The notes under the pieces were generated by a model that made no database searches, was not told the origin of the DNA, and saw only the letters and a program-made list of their open reading frames with translations. Position numbers and translations under genes: made by a program. Shown here piece by piece: positions 1 to 12,758 of a DNA stretch of 64,000 bases. Source of the stretch: Octopus vulgaris (lineage: Eukaryota); NCBI GenBank assembly GCA_951406725.2, contig OX597843.1, positions 8,556,001 to 8,620,000 on the forward strand, written 5' to 3'. The number at the start of each line of letters is the position of its first letter. Positions within the stretch are counted from its first letter, which is position 1.

Positions 1-78
1 TCGATTTGCTCGACTAAAGGCGGTGCTCCAGCATGGCCGCAGTCAAATGACTGAAACAAGTAAAAGAGTAAAAGAGAA
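1..78 (+). mobile_element. SINE family A, 3' end (cut by window edge)
   Basis: Matches the 3' end of the full copies (gctccagcatggccgcagtcaaatgactgaaacaagtaaaagag), followed by (TA)n. Confidence 0.85.
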
Positions 79-112
79 TATATATATATAATTTATATTA
101 TATAATAGTGAT

Positions 113-422
113 GGCGCATGGCTCAGTGGTTGGAGTGTCGAGCTTACGATCGTGAGGTTGTGGGCTCGAATCCCGGACCGGAATGCGCGTCGTGTTCTTG
201 AGCAAGACACTCTATTTCACGTTGCTCCAGTTCACTCAGCTGGAGAAATGAGTTGCGATGTCACAGGTGCCAAGCTGTATCGGCCCCTTTGCCTTTCCCT
301 GGGATATCACTGGTGACGTGGAGAGAGAAGGCCGGTATGCATGGGCGACTGCTGGTCTTCCATAAACAACCTTGCCAGGACTTGGGCCTGGGAGGGTAAC
401 TTCCTAGGTGCAATCCCAAGGT
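113..422 (+). mobile_element. tRNA-derived SINE, separate family (single copy here)
   Basis: Pol III A box TGGCTCAGTGG (119-129) and B box GGCTCGAATCC (163-173), then gtgttcttgagcaagacac, a motif typical of SINE central domains. No tRNA acceptor-stem closure. Confidence 0.75.
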
Positions 423-445
423 CTATGTCTCCTTCACATGATTCA

Positions 446-640
446 AGTCACTTGACTGCGGCTATGCTGGAGCACCGCCTTAAAGGGCTTTCAGTCGAGC
501 AAATCGACCCCAGGACTTAATCTCTGTAGGCCGAGTACTTATTCTATCGGTTACTTTTGCCGAACTGCTAGTTTCATTGGACTAAACACACCAACACAGC
601 TTGTCAATATTTGATGAGGGGACTAACACAGACACAAAGA
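446..640 (-). mobile_element. SINE family A, 3' half
   Basis: Diverged reverse complement of the family A 3' half. Confidence 0.8.
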
Positions 641-706
641 TATACACACACACACGTACAAATGTATATATATATATGTATATATATACATGTATATATA
701 TACATA

Positions 707-781
<75 letters not shown>

Positions 782-891
782 AACACAATTGCAGCGTGGA
801 AGGAGTTTATAAGCGATTTAAGAAACACACATAAGCCGTTCGATTCACTCCAACATTTAAGTTTAATTTTAATACATGTATATATATATAC

Positions 892-934
<43 letters not shown>

Positions 935-950
935 GAGGCACACATACATA

Positions 951-994
<44 letters not shown>

Positions 995-1054
995 TACACA
1001 CACACACACATATATATATATACATACATATATCCCATTTTTCGTCTATTGAAC

Positions 1055-1055
<1 letters not shown>

Positions 1056-1135
<80 letters not shown>

Positions 1136-1204
1136 GGATGGATAGACAGATAGATAGATAGAGAGATAGAGAGATAGAGAGATAGATGGATGGATGGATG
1201 GATG

Positions 1205-1274
<70 letters not shown>

Positions 1275-1335
1275 CAGACAGTTAAATAGATAGATAGGCA
1301 TATAGATATATCAGTAGATAGATAGAAGGATAGAT
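1056..1335. repeat. (GATA)n/(GGAT)n microsatellite
   Basis: Direct tandem tetranucleotides. Confidence 0.95.
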
Positions 1336-1479
1336 AGGTGCATATTTGTGTGGATTTACACGTACATTTATATATTCGTGTATGATACATTTTTACTTCA
1401 AAACCTTCGGTCGCACACACGCAGAAATGTTCAAGTTTATGTATATACATGTGTGTGTGTATGCGTGTTTGTTTGTGTA

Positions 1480-1533
<54 letters not shown>

Positions 1534-1655
1534 GAAATATACGCCAATATACATGTATACACATATCTACCTCTCCCTTGGTGTGTGTGTGTGTAGAAAT
1601 ATACGCCAATGAACATATCTATCTCTCCCTCAGAGTGTCTGTGTGTGTTTGTGTA

Positions 1656-1717
<62 letters not shown>

Positions 1718-1730
1718 CGTCTGTGCGTCT

Positions 1731-1943
1731 GTGTTTGTGTGTCTGTGTTTGTCCCCCCAACATTGTTTGACAACCGATGCTGGTGTGTTTACGTCCCCGT
1801 CACTTAGCGGTTCGACAAAAGAGACCGATAGAACAAGTACTGGGCTTAGAAAAGAATAAGTCCCGGGGTCGATTTGCTCGACTAAAGGCGGTGCTCCAGC
1901 ATGGCCACAGTCAAATGACTGAAACAAGTAAAAGAGTAAAAGA
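1731..1943 (+). mobile_element. SINE family A, 3' half
   Basis: tgtccccc...gacaaccgatgctgg...gaaacaagtaaaagagtaaaag. Confidence 0.85.
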
Positions 1944-2274
1944 ATATATATATATATATACTTGGAGGTATTTTCCTGTGTTGTATGCGTTGCGTGGGTA
2001 TCGGCCAGTGTGTATATATATATATATATATATATACATTACATGAATACGTATGCGTCCGTGTGTCTGAGTGAGTGCCTTTATCAGCGTATATATATAT
2101 ATATATTTACGCAACGCGGGTAGGTATAACCGTTTGTATACGCATCGAAAATAAACAGTCCATCATTCGTTCCTTTCGTCTCTGCTGTTGTTGTTGTTGC
2201 TGCAGCTGTTGTCGCCGACGTCGCCCCTTCTGCGAGCTCTTTTGTCAACAAGTTCGACACGGTTGGAAGCTCCC

Positions 2275-2276
<2 letters not shown>

Positions 2277-2312
<36 letters not shown>

Positions 2313-2318
2313 CTAGTT

Positions 2319-2349
<31 letters not shown>

Positions 2350-2449
2350 AGTAGTGGTGGTGATGGTGGTGGTGGTTGTAGTAGTAGTGGTGGTGGTGAT
2401 GGTTGTATTAGTAGTAGTAGTAGTGGTGGTGGTGGTGGTGGTGATGGTT

Positions 2450-2493
<44 letters not shown>

Positions 2494-2599
2494 GGTGGTG
2501 GTGGTGATGGTTCTAGTAGTAGTAGTAGTAGTAGTAGTAATAGTGGTGGTGGTGGTGGTGGTTGTAGTAGTGGTCGTAGTAGTAGTAGTAGTAGAGGTC

Positions 2600-2630
<31 letters not shown>

Positions 2631-2655
2631 AGTAATAGTGGTGGTGGTGGTTGTA
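2277..2655. repeat. (TAG)n/(GTG)n compound trinucleotide repeat
   Basis: Direct tandem trinucleotides; source of the poly-S/V/T ORFs. Confidence 0.95.
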
Positions 2656-2905
2656 GAATATGGCTTGCTTTTCTCTCTTTTTTTTCACCTTGATCGTACT
2701 GTCGCTGTCATTCTCCGTTTTTAATCTACCTGGCTGGCTGTACTCGAACGAGAAATACCTACGCGCACGCATGAACGCCCCCCCCCCCACCACCACACAC
2801 ACACACACACGCGCGCGCGCACGCACGCACGCACATACACACACACACACACACACATAAAAGGGAAGGAGAAAGAAGATGAAAGTCAGGCAGACATTGA
2901 ATACA

Positions 2906-2990
<85 letters not shown>

Positions 2991-3059
2991 GCATATATCA
3001 TCTCCATTCACTCTCCCTCTCTCTCCCTGTCTCTGTCTCTGTCTCTGTCTCTGTCTCTC

Positions 3060-3146
<87 letters not shown>

Positions 3147-3149
3147 AAC

Positions 3150-3385
3150 ACGCATTGAGTCGAAACAGGGGCAGCTGATGAAGGGGAATTTTCCTTGTTT
3201 TGTATGTCCTGTACTCTGTTTTTCGTTGTTAAAAAAAGTGCCCTTTCCTTGTTTGATTTTATGTTTTCGTTTCTCGTTGAGTTCTACGTTTATTTGTGGT
3301 GTCCTGTACTCATATATGCATGTATATATACATACAGATGAAAGTATGTACATATATGTATGTATGTATGCATATGTTTTATTTA
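3150..3385 (+). repeat. Interspersed repeat family G (second copy ~30560-30825)
   Basis: aaggggaattttcctt...gtgtcctgtac(t/c)catatatgcatg...gcatatgttttattta is shared between the two loci. Confidence 0.7.
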
Positions 3386-3418
3386 CAAAATTGTTATTAT
3401 ATATATACATATATATAC

Positions 3419-3469
<51 letters not shown>

Positions 3470-3473
3470 CATG

Positions 3474-3540
<67 letters not shown>

Positions 3541-4286
3541 GAAATGAGGTAATCAGAAGATCGGATGGTTCATATTTATAGATATTTATTTATATATTAC
3601 ATTTTTTACATATATATATCATATCATTCAGATCTGTATATATATGTATATATATATGTCTGTGTGTGTGTGTAATCATGTATCTATGCGTATGATTTTT
3701 TTCCTTTTTGCTTAAAACTTCTTCGTGATGTCTGATGGACGGAGCATTGCCGGACTTTTCAAAGACAGTTTTAGAATTTATTTAATCTCTTTTAATAATT
3801 TAAATCTATGAAAGAAAAATTAATGATAAAGATATATACGATAACTTTTATGAAAAGTTTTCCCGAGACCCTAATGGATTTCAAGACTTTCCCAAGATTA
3901 CAAGAGTCTTGGAAATGCCCCTCTACACACTTCTAGGAGGGTAGGGACCTCGTGTCTTCCGTTTGTGGTAAAGAAACTCAACTCAAGGAGGTAAAATTAT
4001 CTTTTGATAGGGAACTGCAAAGGAATTCGGTCAAAACAAGGTGTTTGTTGATAGGAAATTCTTTAAACCTTCTTTGTGGTACCTGATAGATTTCGCAATG
4101 CCAATCTTTTCAAAGACAATTTTGATGATTTAAATCTATGAAAGAAAAATCCTATCAGTTTTTAGATAGTGAGGAAGGTCTGCAAGAATTCCTTCTTAAC
4201 AGGAAGTTGTAGAGGAATGTGGTCTCAACTATGTCTTGGTTAAGATGACATTTCTTAAACCGTTTTAATGGTATCTGATGAAATTA

Positions 4287-4878
4287 TATTTCTTTACTAC
4301 CCACAAGGGGCTAAACACAGAGGGGACAAACAAGGACAGACAAACGGATTAAGTCGATTACATAGACCCCAGTGCGAAACTGGTACATTATTTATCGACC
4401 CCGAAAGGATGAAAGGCAAAGTCGACCTCGGCGGAATTTGAACTCAGAACGTAGCGGCAGGCGAAATACCTATTTCTTTACTACCCTCAAGGGGCTAAAC
4501 ACAGAGGGGACAAACAAGGACAGACAAACGGATTACGTCGATTACATCGACCCCAGTGCAAAACTGGTACTTTATTTATCGACCTCGAAAGGATGAAAGG
4601 CAAAGTCGATCTCGGCGGAATTTGAACTCGGAACGTAGCGGCAGACGAAATACCTATTTCTTTACTACCCTCAAGGGGCTAAACACAGAGGGGACAAACA
4701 AGGACAGACAAACGGATTACGTCGATTACATCGACCCCAGTGCGAAACTGGTACTTAATTTATCGACCCCGAAAGGATGAAAGGCAAAGTCGACCTCGGC
4801 GGAATTTGAACTCGGAACCTTATCGACAGACGAAATACGGTTACGCATTTCGCCCGGCGTGCTAACGATTCTGCCAAC
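4287..4878 (-). mobile_element. SINE family B, tandem array of 184-bp units plus one head
   Basis: Units start at 4287, 4471 and 4655. The minus strand reads an A-box-like TGGCAGAA and a B-box-like G(A)GTTCAAATTCC, then gactttgcctttcatcctttcggggtcgataaa. Confidence 0.85.
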
Positions 4879-4970
4879 TTTTCAGAGATTGTTTTAGAAT
4901 TTGTTTAATCTATAATGATAAGAAGAAAAAAACATATTAATAAAAATAAGGTTTATCTTTAAAGTTTTTC

Positions 4971-5170
4971 TTGTTTCAGGTAGAGAAATCGGCCATGCTG
5001 GGGCATCGCCTTGAAGAATTTTTAGTCGAATGAATCGACCCCAGTACCTTTTTTTTTTTAAAGTTGTGGTACCTATTCTATCGGTCTCTTTTGCCGAACC
5101 GCTAAGTTACGGGAGCAGAAACCCCCCAACACCAGTTGTCAAGCACAGACAGACACAAAGACACACACAC
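4971..5170 (-). mobile_element. SINE family A variant, 3' half
   Basis: ggccatgctggggcatcgcc...ctatcggtctcttttgccgaaccgctaag. Confidence 0.75.
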
Positions 5171-5188
5171 AGATAGATTCATATTTAT

Positions 5189-5258
<70 letters not shown>

Positions 5259-5376
5259 TTAGAGACAAAACCACTATTAGGCAAATCAAACAATGAAAAA
5301 CTTAAGCCAATACATATGATTAATTTATATTATTTAAATATGTAACAAAATTATTAAAAAAATATAATTAATATCA

Positions 5377-5440
5377 CACTACGATCGTTTCATGGCTGTT
5401 AATTTCTTTAAATTTTCGAGTTACAGTCATTCATCAGGTG
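5377..5440 (-). ncRNA. Minimal type I hammerhead ribozyme motif (opposite arm)
   Basis: Minus strand reads cac-CTGATGA-atgactg...cagccat-GAAA-cgatcg-TA-gtg. Confidence 0.65.
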
Positions 5441-5502
5441 GTTTAAATATTTTTCTTGGCGAGGTTTAAACAATGAAACCTCGCCAAGAAAAATATTTAA
5501 AC

Positions 5503-5563
5503 CACCTGATGAATGACTGCGACTCAAAAATTTGAAGACAGCAGGCATGAAACGATCGTAGTG
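5503..5563 (+). ncRNA. Minimal type I hammerhead ribozyme motif
   Basis: cac-CTGATGA-atgactg...caggcat-GAAA-cgatcg-TA-gtg: canonical core, stem II 6/7 bp, palindromic stem III, short stem I. Confidence 0.65.
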
Positions 5564-5769
5564 TGATATTAATTATATTTTTTTAATAATTTTGTTACAT
5601 ATTTAAATAATATAAATTAATCATATGTATTGGCTTAAGTTTTTCATTGTTTGATTTGCAAAATAGTGGTTTTGTCTCTAATTTAATATAATATAATATT
5701 TTACTATAGAATTGGATTCAATCCTAAATCTGATTTTTCCCTGTAAGTTTGGATTTATTCCCTAATATT

Positions 5770-5816
<47 letters not shown>

Positions 5817-6004
5817 ATTATGAGTATAATTATAATTAGGGTTCAGCAAAATTTGCTTCGCCACATACCGAACTTTAGAAATAGCAGCCAAAGAACTTAG
5901 CTATTTCTTCTACTATAAGAAGAAACTCCCAGACAATATATACTCAAAACAATTCACGTAGGCATAGAGGGAAAAACAACCAAAATTCCCTCGGCATTTG
6001 ATTA

Positions 6005-6514
6005 TCTGTGAACGCGTTTCTGAGTTAGAAAGATATGAAAATGCAAAAATCGCACCTTCATTCTATCATTCTCTTCATCAGCACAAGATTTCAAGATTTT
6101 AAATTTGAGAGCACTGAAAAAATTGAAACTGGTCATTGGATATAGTTTGTCTGATGTTACTTGCATCAAATAGGTATGTTCAAATTTTTTAACATACCTA
6201 TCTGGTCAAGTTGACCAAAATTGAAAGTATGATAGAAGAAGACTTACTCTTTTTTCCGTAGAAGAAAAAATTCAAATCGGACCATGTTAGCACCAAAAAT
6301 TATTTACATCAAAAAGGTGCTTTTTTTCTATGAAAATCCCTATTTTTTACGACTTTTTGACTGCAGTGTCGCCATTTTTCGATGTATTTCAACCAGAAAA
6401 ATGTTCACTTAAAGAGAATAACAAGCTACAGAATGATGCAAAATGTTTACTTTTCAAAAATTCCAATTCTAAAGGGTCAAAACAAACCCGAGCAACGCCG
6501 GGCAATACTGCTAG
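6005..6514 (+). mobile_element. Non-autonomous Helitron-like element (3' end clear, 5' end uncertain)
   Basis: Subterminal hairpin cccg-agcaacgc-cggg (6487-6502), then CTAG (6511-6514) followed by T, the classical Helitron 3' signature. Confidence 0.55.
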
Positions 6515-6835
6515 TAAAGGAATAATATAGTAATCAAAGGGGTCCATAGATAAAAGAAAACTGATTAAAGAATCCTCAAATTCTAGAAATATCTTTGAAA
6601 GCTTTGGCAATGCTAAAAACCTTCAGATGCCGTTGAGAGTTTAAGAAATTTCGTCTTAACCAACGCCTTGTTCAAAGCAAAAGCCCTCAATTCCTCGTCA
6701 AAGGGACACTTGCACCCTTTGGTACTCTTTACAATCTGACAATACCAGGATTTCCCTATGTTACATGAAATGTGTAGAGTCACGATTCCCAGTCTCACTC
6801 ACTGGCTCATAAATATATTTACATATATATACAAC

Positions 6836-7321
6836 AGTATGACGTGATTTGAGGGAGATCAGGCTGCTATTACTAGCAACTCTAGCTACCATCTAGAGGT
6901 TTCCCTTATTGGTCCATACATCCATAGATATATACATAAGACAATATGATTCGATTTGAGGGAGATCTTGTTGCTATTTCTAGCAAATCTAGCTACCATC
7001 TGGAGGTTTCCCTTATTGGTCCATACATACATATATACATACATAAGACAGTATGATGGGATTTAAGGGAGATCTGGCTGCTATTACTAGCAACTCTAGC
7101 TACCATCTAGAGGTTTCCCTTATTGGTCCATACATCCATAGATATATACATAAGACAATATGATTCGATTTGAGGGAGATCTTGTTGCTATTTCTAGCAA
7201 ATCTAGCTACCATCTAGAGGTTTCCCTTATTGGTCCATACATACATATATACATGCATAAGACAATATAATGTGATTTGAAGGAGATCTAGCTGCTATTT
7301 CTAGCAAGTCTAGCTACCATC
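6836..7321. repeat. 107-bp tandem repeat, ~4.5 units
   Basis: (g/a)ggagatc recurs at 6853, 6960, 7067, 7174 and 7281. Confidence 0.9.
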
Positions 7322-7998
7322 AAGTGTGTGTGTGATGTTCTTCACGAATGTATTTATTTTTATTTACATTGTTGTTATATTTGTTGTGATTTTTATCTAT
7401 TTATTTATCATTTATTTTTTTATTTATTTATTTGCATCGAATGGCAGCCATGTTGATTTTTTCCTTCATTTTTTTTTTCGGTTTCGCTTTGTTTGTTTTC
7501 TAAAAGAATGGAAAAACCGAAAAATATTTGTATATATTTATTGGGCGATATTAAGTTGTCTTCTTGTCTTGTCTTGAAACGATCTATTTGTATTGTTATT
7601 GATTTCGCGTATCGATATGCAGAGATCGATAAATATGTATGTACGTATGTATGGATGTATGTATGTATGTATGCATGTATGTATGTACGTATGTATGTAT
7701 GTATGTGTGTATGTATGTATAAATCTAAGTATGTATGTATCTAAGTATGTATGTATGTATGTATGTATTATGTATGTTTGTATGTATATATGTATGTATA
7801 TATGTATGTATGTATATATGTATGTATGTATGTGTGTGTGTATGTATGTGTGTATGTGGGTGCATTTATGTAAACGCATATACATATATATATGCGTATA
7901 CATAAATATATATATATATATAAATATATATATACAATCATATATGACTGTGTGTATGTATGAATATGTGTATATACATAGATATGTATAAATATATG

Positions 7999-8060
<62 letters not shown>

Positions 8061-9189
8061 ATATACACGTATATATATATATATATATATTCATCAATAT
8101 GTATGAATATATGTATATCTGTATATGTGTTTAGAGTTATATATACAAACACGTATGTATATTCATAAATATGTTTGAATATATGTATACATGTACGTTT
8201 ATATGTGTGTGTGTGTTTGAGTGTTTGTGTGCGTGTGAGTATGTGTGTGTTTGTCTGTGTGTTGGTTATACAGAGAGTGATTTTATACAAACGTATGCGT
8301 TGATAGTTCTGTGTGTGTATACATACAAGTGTTCATTGATATAAGCATACATGCATGTTCATATGTGTATGCGTATCTGCTTGATCACATGCCTGTGTGT
8401 ATGTCTGTACAATTATATATGTGTGTGTGTGTGTGTGTATCCGCATGTGTGTGTATATGTGTTTGTATTAATGATAATAATTCCAAAGAAGAGATGGTCT
8501 GTAGAGCTTTCGTTGTCGCTATTGTCGCTTTTTTTGATAATGTACAATATAGGTGGCGCTTGTGACATGTGTCTGTATGTGTGCATGCGTGTGTGTGTGT
8601 ATATGTATGTATGTTAGTGCATGTGTGTGTGTGTGTATGTATGTGAGAATGTAATACCTGTCTGTGAGTGTGTAGTTATTCTTGTTCATCTTGCATTCCA
8701 TGGTGATGGTGATGTGGTGGTGGTCGTGGTGGTGGTCGTGGCTTTGATGGTGATGGAGATGGTGGGTTGTCCCGGGAAAAACGAAAGAAAAAAAAAAGCA
8801 TACTAACAAAACAAAGCAAAAACAAACAAAACAAAACAAACAAAAAGACAGCTAAGATCGATATATTGATAATTTGTTGATAAATCTCTGATTGATTGAT
8901 GAGCAGACGATACTGCGTGATTGGCAGACGATGACGAAAGAGATACATAGAGAGATGATAAAGATATACACACGCATCGAAAGAAATATAAACAACCACG
9001 CATATGTGTGTGTGCGTGTGTATATGTGTGTGTATGTGTAACACATATATACATAAGTGTAATATATACACTAAAACATACACGCTCGCACACATTCAGA
9101 CATATACACATATGCATGCACGCGTGTTATATACATACATGAACACGCATAAGTATATTTATATACAAGTACATGCATACATTTATATA

Positions 9190-9224
<35 letters not shown>

Positions 9225-9227
9225 GTA

Positions 9228-9423
9228 AAAAAAATGCAAACTGGGACAAGAACGCTAAACATTAGAAGACGATACAAAAAAACACGGACGAGACATTCGA
9301 AGCCTTCAATCTTCAGTCAAGAACCGGATCATCCTCGCAATTTCGGCTGATTAATCTTGAGATTGCTCCGATCTGGCCAGCCCCAAAGGAAAATCTAAGC
9401 CAAGCGCATTAGATTCCTTGGAA
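9228..9423 (-). repeat. Interspersed repeat family F (also ~22150-22355 +, ~25775-25990 +, ~27462-27580 +)
   Basis: Shared ggctggccagat(c/t)ggagca...cagccgaaatt...gactgaagat...cgaatg. The 3' ends of three copies abut (TA)n. Confidence 0.75.
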
Positions 9424-9654
9424 ATATATATACATATGTCTGTGTATATATATATGTATATATATATATATATATGTATATAGCTACACACACACATACA
9501 CATACACATATATATACACACACATATATATATGCACATAGATAAATATACACTTTTTTATAGATATATAGATAAATATATACACATATATATACACAAA
9601 TATATATATGTTTGTATGTGTTTATATGTATATATATGTATGTGTGTGTGTGTT

Positions 9655-9857
9655 GTGTGTCTGTGTTTGTCCCCACAACATCGCTTGACAACCGATGCTG
9701 GTGTGTTTACGTCCCCGTAACTTAGCGGTTCGGCAAAAGAGAACCAATAGAATAAGTACTAGGCTCACAAAGAATAAGTCCAGGGGTCGATTTGCTCGAC
9801 TAAAAGGCGGTGCTCCAGCATGGCCACAGTCAAATGACTGAAACAAGTAAAAGAGTA
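9655..9857 (+). mobile_element. SINE family A, 3' half
   Basis: Matches the family A 3' half. Confidence 0.85.
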
Positions 9858-9944
9858 ATATTTGTTAAAAAGATTAGAAGAATAAGTACCAGTCATGTAC
9901 AACGTATGTACAGAGATGATACATTCGTCTACAAATTGGTCTAC

Positions 9945-10106
9945 TATTTCTTTACTACCCACAAGGGGCTAAACATAGAGGGGATAAACAAGGACAGACA
10001 AAGGGATTAAGTCGATTATATCGACCTCCAGTGCATAACTGGTACTTATTTAATCGACCCCGAAAGGATGAAAGGCAAAGTCGACCTCGGCGGAATTTGA
10101 ACTCAG
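9945..10106 (-). mobile_element. SINE family B, partial
   Basis: tatttctttactacccacaagggg...ggcggaatttgaactcag. Confidence 0.85.
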
Positions 10107-10297
10107 GAGTCGATGAAGAAAGTACCACCGAAATACTGGGGGAAGATTTAAAGAACTAGCTCTCCCATCCCCACTACCCTAGAAATATCAGGTCCGGTCA
10201 TCTCCGTTAGAAAACAATGTAATTTTGTCATAAAGCATCACACACACGCACACACACACACACACATACACACACACACACACATAATATGCTTTGA

Positions 10298-10662
10298 TTC
10301 TTTTACTCTTTTACTTGTTTCAGCCATTTGACTGCGGCCATGCTGGAGCATCGCCTTTAGTCGAACAAATCAACCCTAGGACTTATTTTTTGTTAGCGTA
10401 GGATTTATTCTGCGGGTCTCTTTTGCAGAACCGTGACGTAAACACACCAACACCTGTTTCCAGGCGATGGTGGGGGTACAAACACAGACACACAAACATA
10501 TACACACGACGGGCTTCTTTCTGTTTCCGTTTACCAAATCCATTCACAAAGCTGTGGTTGGCCCGTGGCTCTATAGTAGAAATTACTTGCCCAGGGTGCC
10601 ACGCAGTAGGACTGAACCCGGACCCAATGGGGTTGGGAAGCAAATTTCTTACCACACAGCCA
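10298..10662 (-). mobile_element. SINE family A, near full length, diverged
   Basis: Tail, body and tRNA-like head (ggactgaacccgg...cttaccacacagcc) in reverse. Confidence 0.8.
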
Positions 10663-10667
10663 TAATC

Positions 10668-10818
10668 AAGAAGAAGAAGAAGAAGAAGAAGAAGAAGAAG
10701 AAGAAGAAGAAGAAGAAGAAGAAGAAGAAGAAGGAGGAGAAGAAGAAGAAGAAGAAGAAGAAGAAGAAGAAGAAGAAGGATGAGGAGGAGAAGAAGAAGG
10801 AGAAGAAGAAAAAGGAGG

Positions 10819-10849
<31 letters not shown>

Positions 10850-11029
10850 GAAGAAGAAGAAGAAGAAGAAGGAGGAGGAGAAGAAGAAGAAGAAGAAGAA
10901 GAAGAAGGATGAGGAGAAGAAGAAGGAGAAGAAGAAGGAGAAGAAGAAGAAGAAGAAGAAGAAGAAGGATGAGGAGGAGAAGAAGAAGGAGAAGAAGAAG
11001 AAGGAGGAGGAGGAGAGAAGAAGAAGAAG

Positions 11030-11061
<32 letters not shown>

Positions 11062-11115
11062 GAAGAAGAAACCGAGGAAGAAGAAGAAGAAGAAGAAGAT
11101 GATGATGATGATGAT
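10668..11115. repeat. (AAG)n/(GAG)n trinucleotide repeat
   Basis: Direct tandem repeat. Confidence 0.95.
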
Positions 11116-11582
11116 TCAGAAGAAGTTGAAGAATCCATTCTAGTCCTGAAATATTAGAAGGGGATTGTGGGATACACCGACCCCATTGCTCAACTGGTAC
11201 TTATTTTATCGACCCCCGAATTGATGAAAGGCAAAGCTTTTTGATCTCGACGTGACTTGTACTCAGAACGTAAAATGCCGGAACAAATGTAGGACGACAT
11301 TTTGTTCGCAGGGCTGACGATTTTCAAAATGAATAAACCTTAATATAGAAATATAATAAAACAATTTTTTAAAAAAATAATAATGAATCTATTGGAAGAG
11401 CACTTTACGCCATATTTGTATCTTGCTAAATTTTCCATAATTTTTTTTTTTTAATGCGAGTGGCGGGTGGGAGAGGAGGGGGGGGAAACGAAGGGAGCAC
11501 TTCCGGTTTACTCAGCGGGCGAGTAAATGTCTGTATGATATTTTGAGGCAGTGGAGCGTGGGAGACCTTCTCGTGTGCTTGC

Positions 11583-11627
<45 letters not shown>

Positions 11628-12006
11628 TGTAAAATGTGTGTGTGTGTGTGTGTGTGTGTGTGTCTGTAAAATGTGTGTGTGTGTGTGTTATTGATGTGCA
11701 TGTGTCATTCCCTCTCTGTACATACAGACATAGTCATACACACACACATACACAGATGCACGCATATATATACACACACACACACACAAACAGACATGCA
11801 TTTATAAATTTGTGTACGAATGAGTTGATATGTGTGTGCATGTATATATACTAGTGTAATATTATATGTGTGTATGTATATATACATATATATGTGTGTG
11901 TGTGTGTGTGCGTGTATATACACATATATAAATATATATGTATACATACATATATATATGCATATATATATATATACATAAATATATATATGTATTTACA
12001 TATATT

Positions 12007-12048
<42 letters not shown>

Positions 12049-12262
12049 TGTATGTATATATATATATATGCATATTTATGTATATGCATATATATACAAA
12101 TATATATATATATACATATATATATTTATGTATATATATATATATGTATATATGTATATACATGTATATATGTATGTATATATATAGAGAGAGATATCTA
12201 CATATATCTATATATCTATATCTAACTATCTATCAATCTATCTATCTATCTATCTCTCTCTC

Positions 12263-12293
<31 letters not shown>

Positions 12294-12758
12294 TTGTGTG
12301 CGTGTGCGTGTACGTGTGTGTGTGTATGTGTGTGTGTATACTATGTCTGTGTGTCTACACATGCACACACACACACACACACTTCAAATTATTCCCGAAA
12401 TTGTTATGGATGGCTTCCAACCCAGTTGCATGATTTTCTCATCTCTCCCTCTCTCACTTTCTCTTTCGCCCTCTCTTTTTCTCTCTCAGTTTCTCTCTTG
12501 TAGCAGTAGTAGAAGTAGTCATATCAATATGGCATGCATACGTGTATGTGTCTCTGTGTATGTATGTATATCTAAATGCCTCGAAAGCAGTCGATTACAC
12601 CTCTTAAACTGGGTGTGTATACTTATTGCAGTGTGGACAGATGTTCTCAGTCCTCACTCTTCAAGCAACATAAGCACACACTGTCTGTCTGAATATATAT
12701 AGAAATATAGATCGATAGATCATCAGTCAGACAGATAGAAAGGTGGACAGATAGAAAG

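Larger units (their letters stand above)
5250..5690. repeat. Long fold-back palindrome (~215-bp arms, 8-nt spacer), Penelope pLTR-like
   Basis: 5250-5467 is the near-perfect reverse complement of 5476-5690; spacer aaacaatg. Confidence 0.9.

Noticed and set aside
113-185. Possible tRNA gene
   Set aside because: A and B boxes are present, but there is no acceptor stem or T-run terminator and it continues into a SINE body.
3176-3200. CTGATGA-agg...cct as a hammerhead in family G
   Set aside because: No GAAA after stem II, and the second copy has lost the core.
4287-7321. CRISPR-like periodicity in the 184-bp and 107-bp arrays
   Set aside because: Whole units repeat with no unique spacers, there are no cas genes, and the context is eukaryotic.
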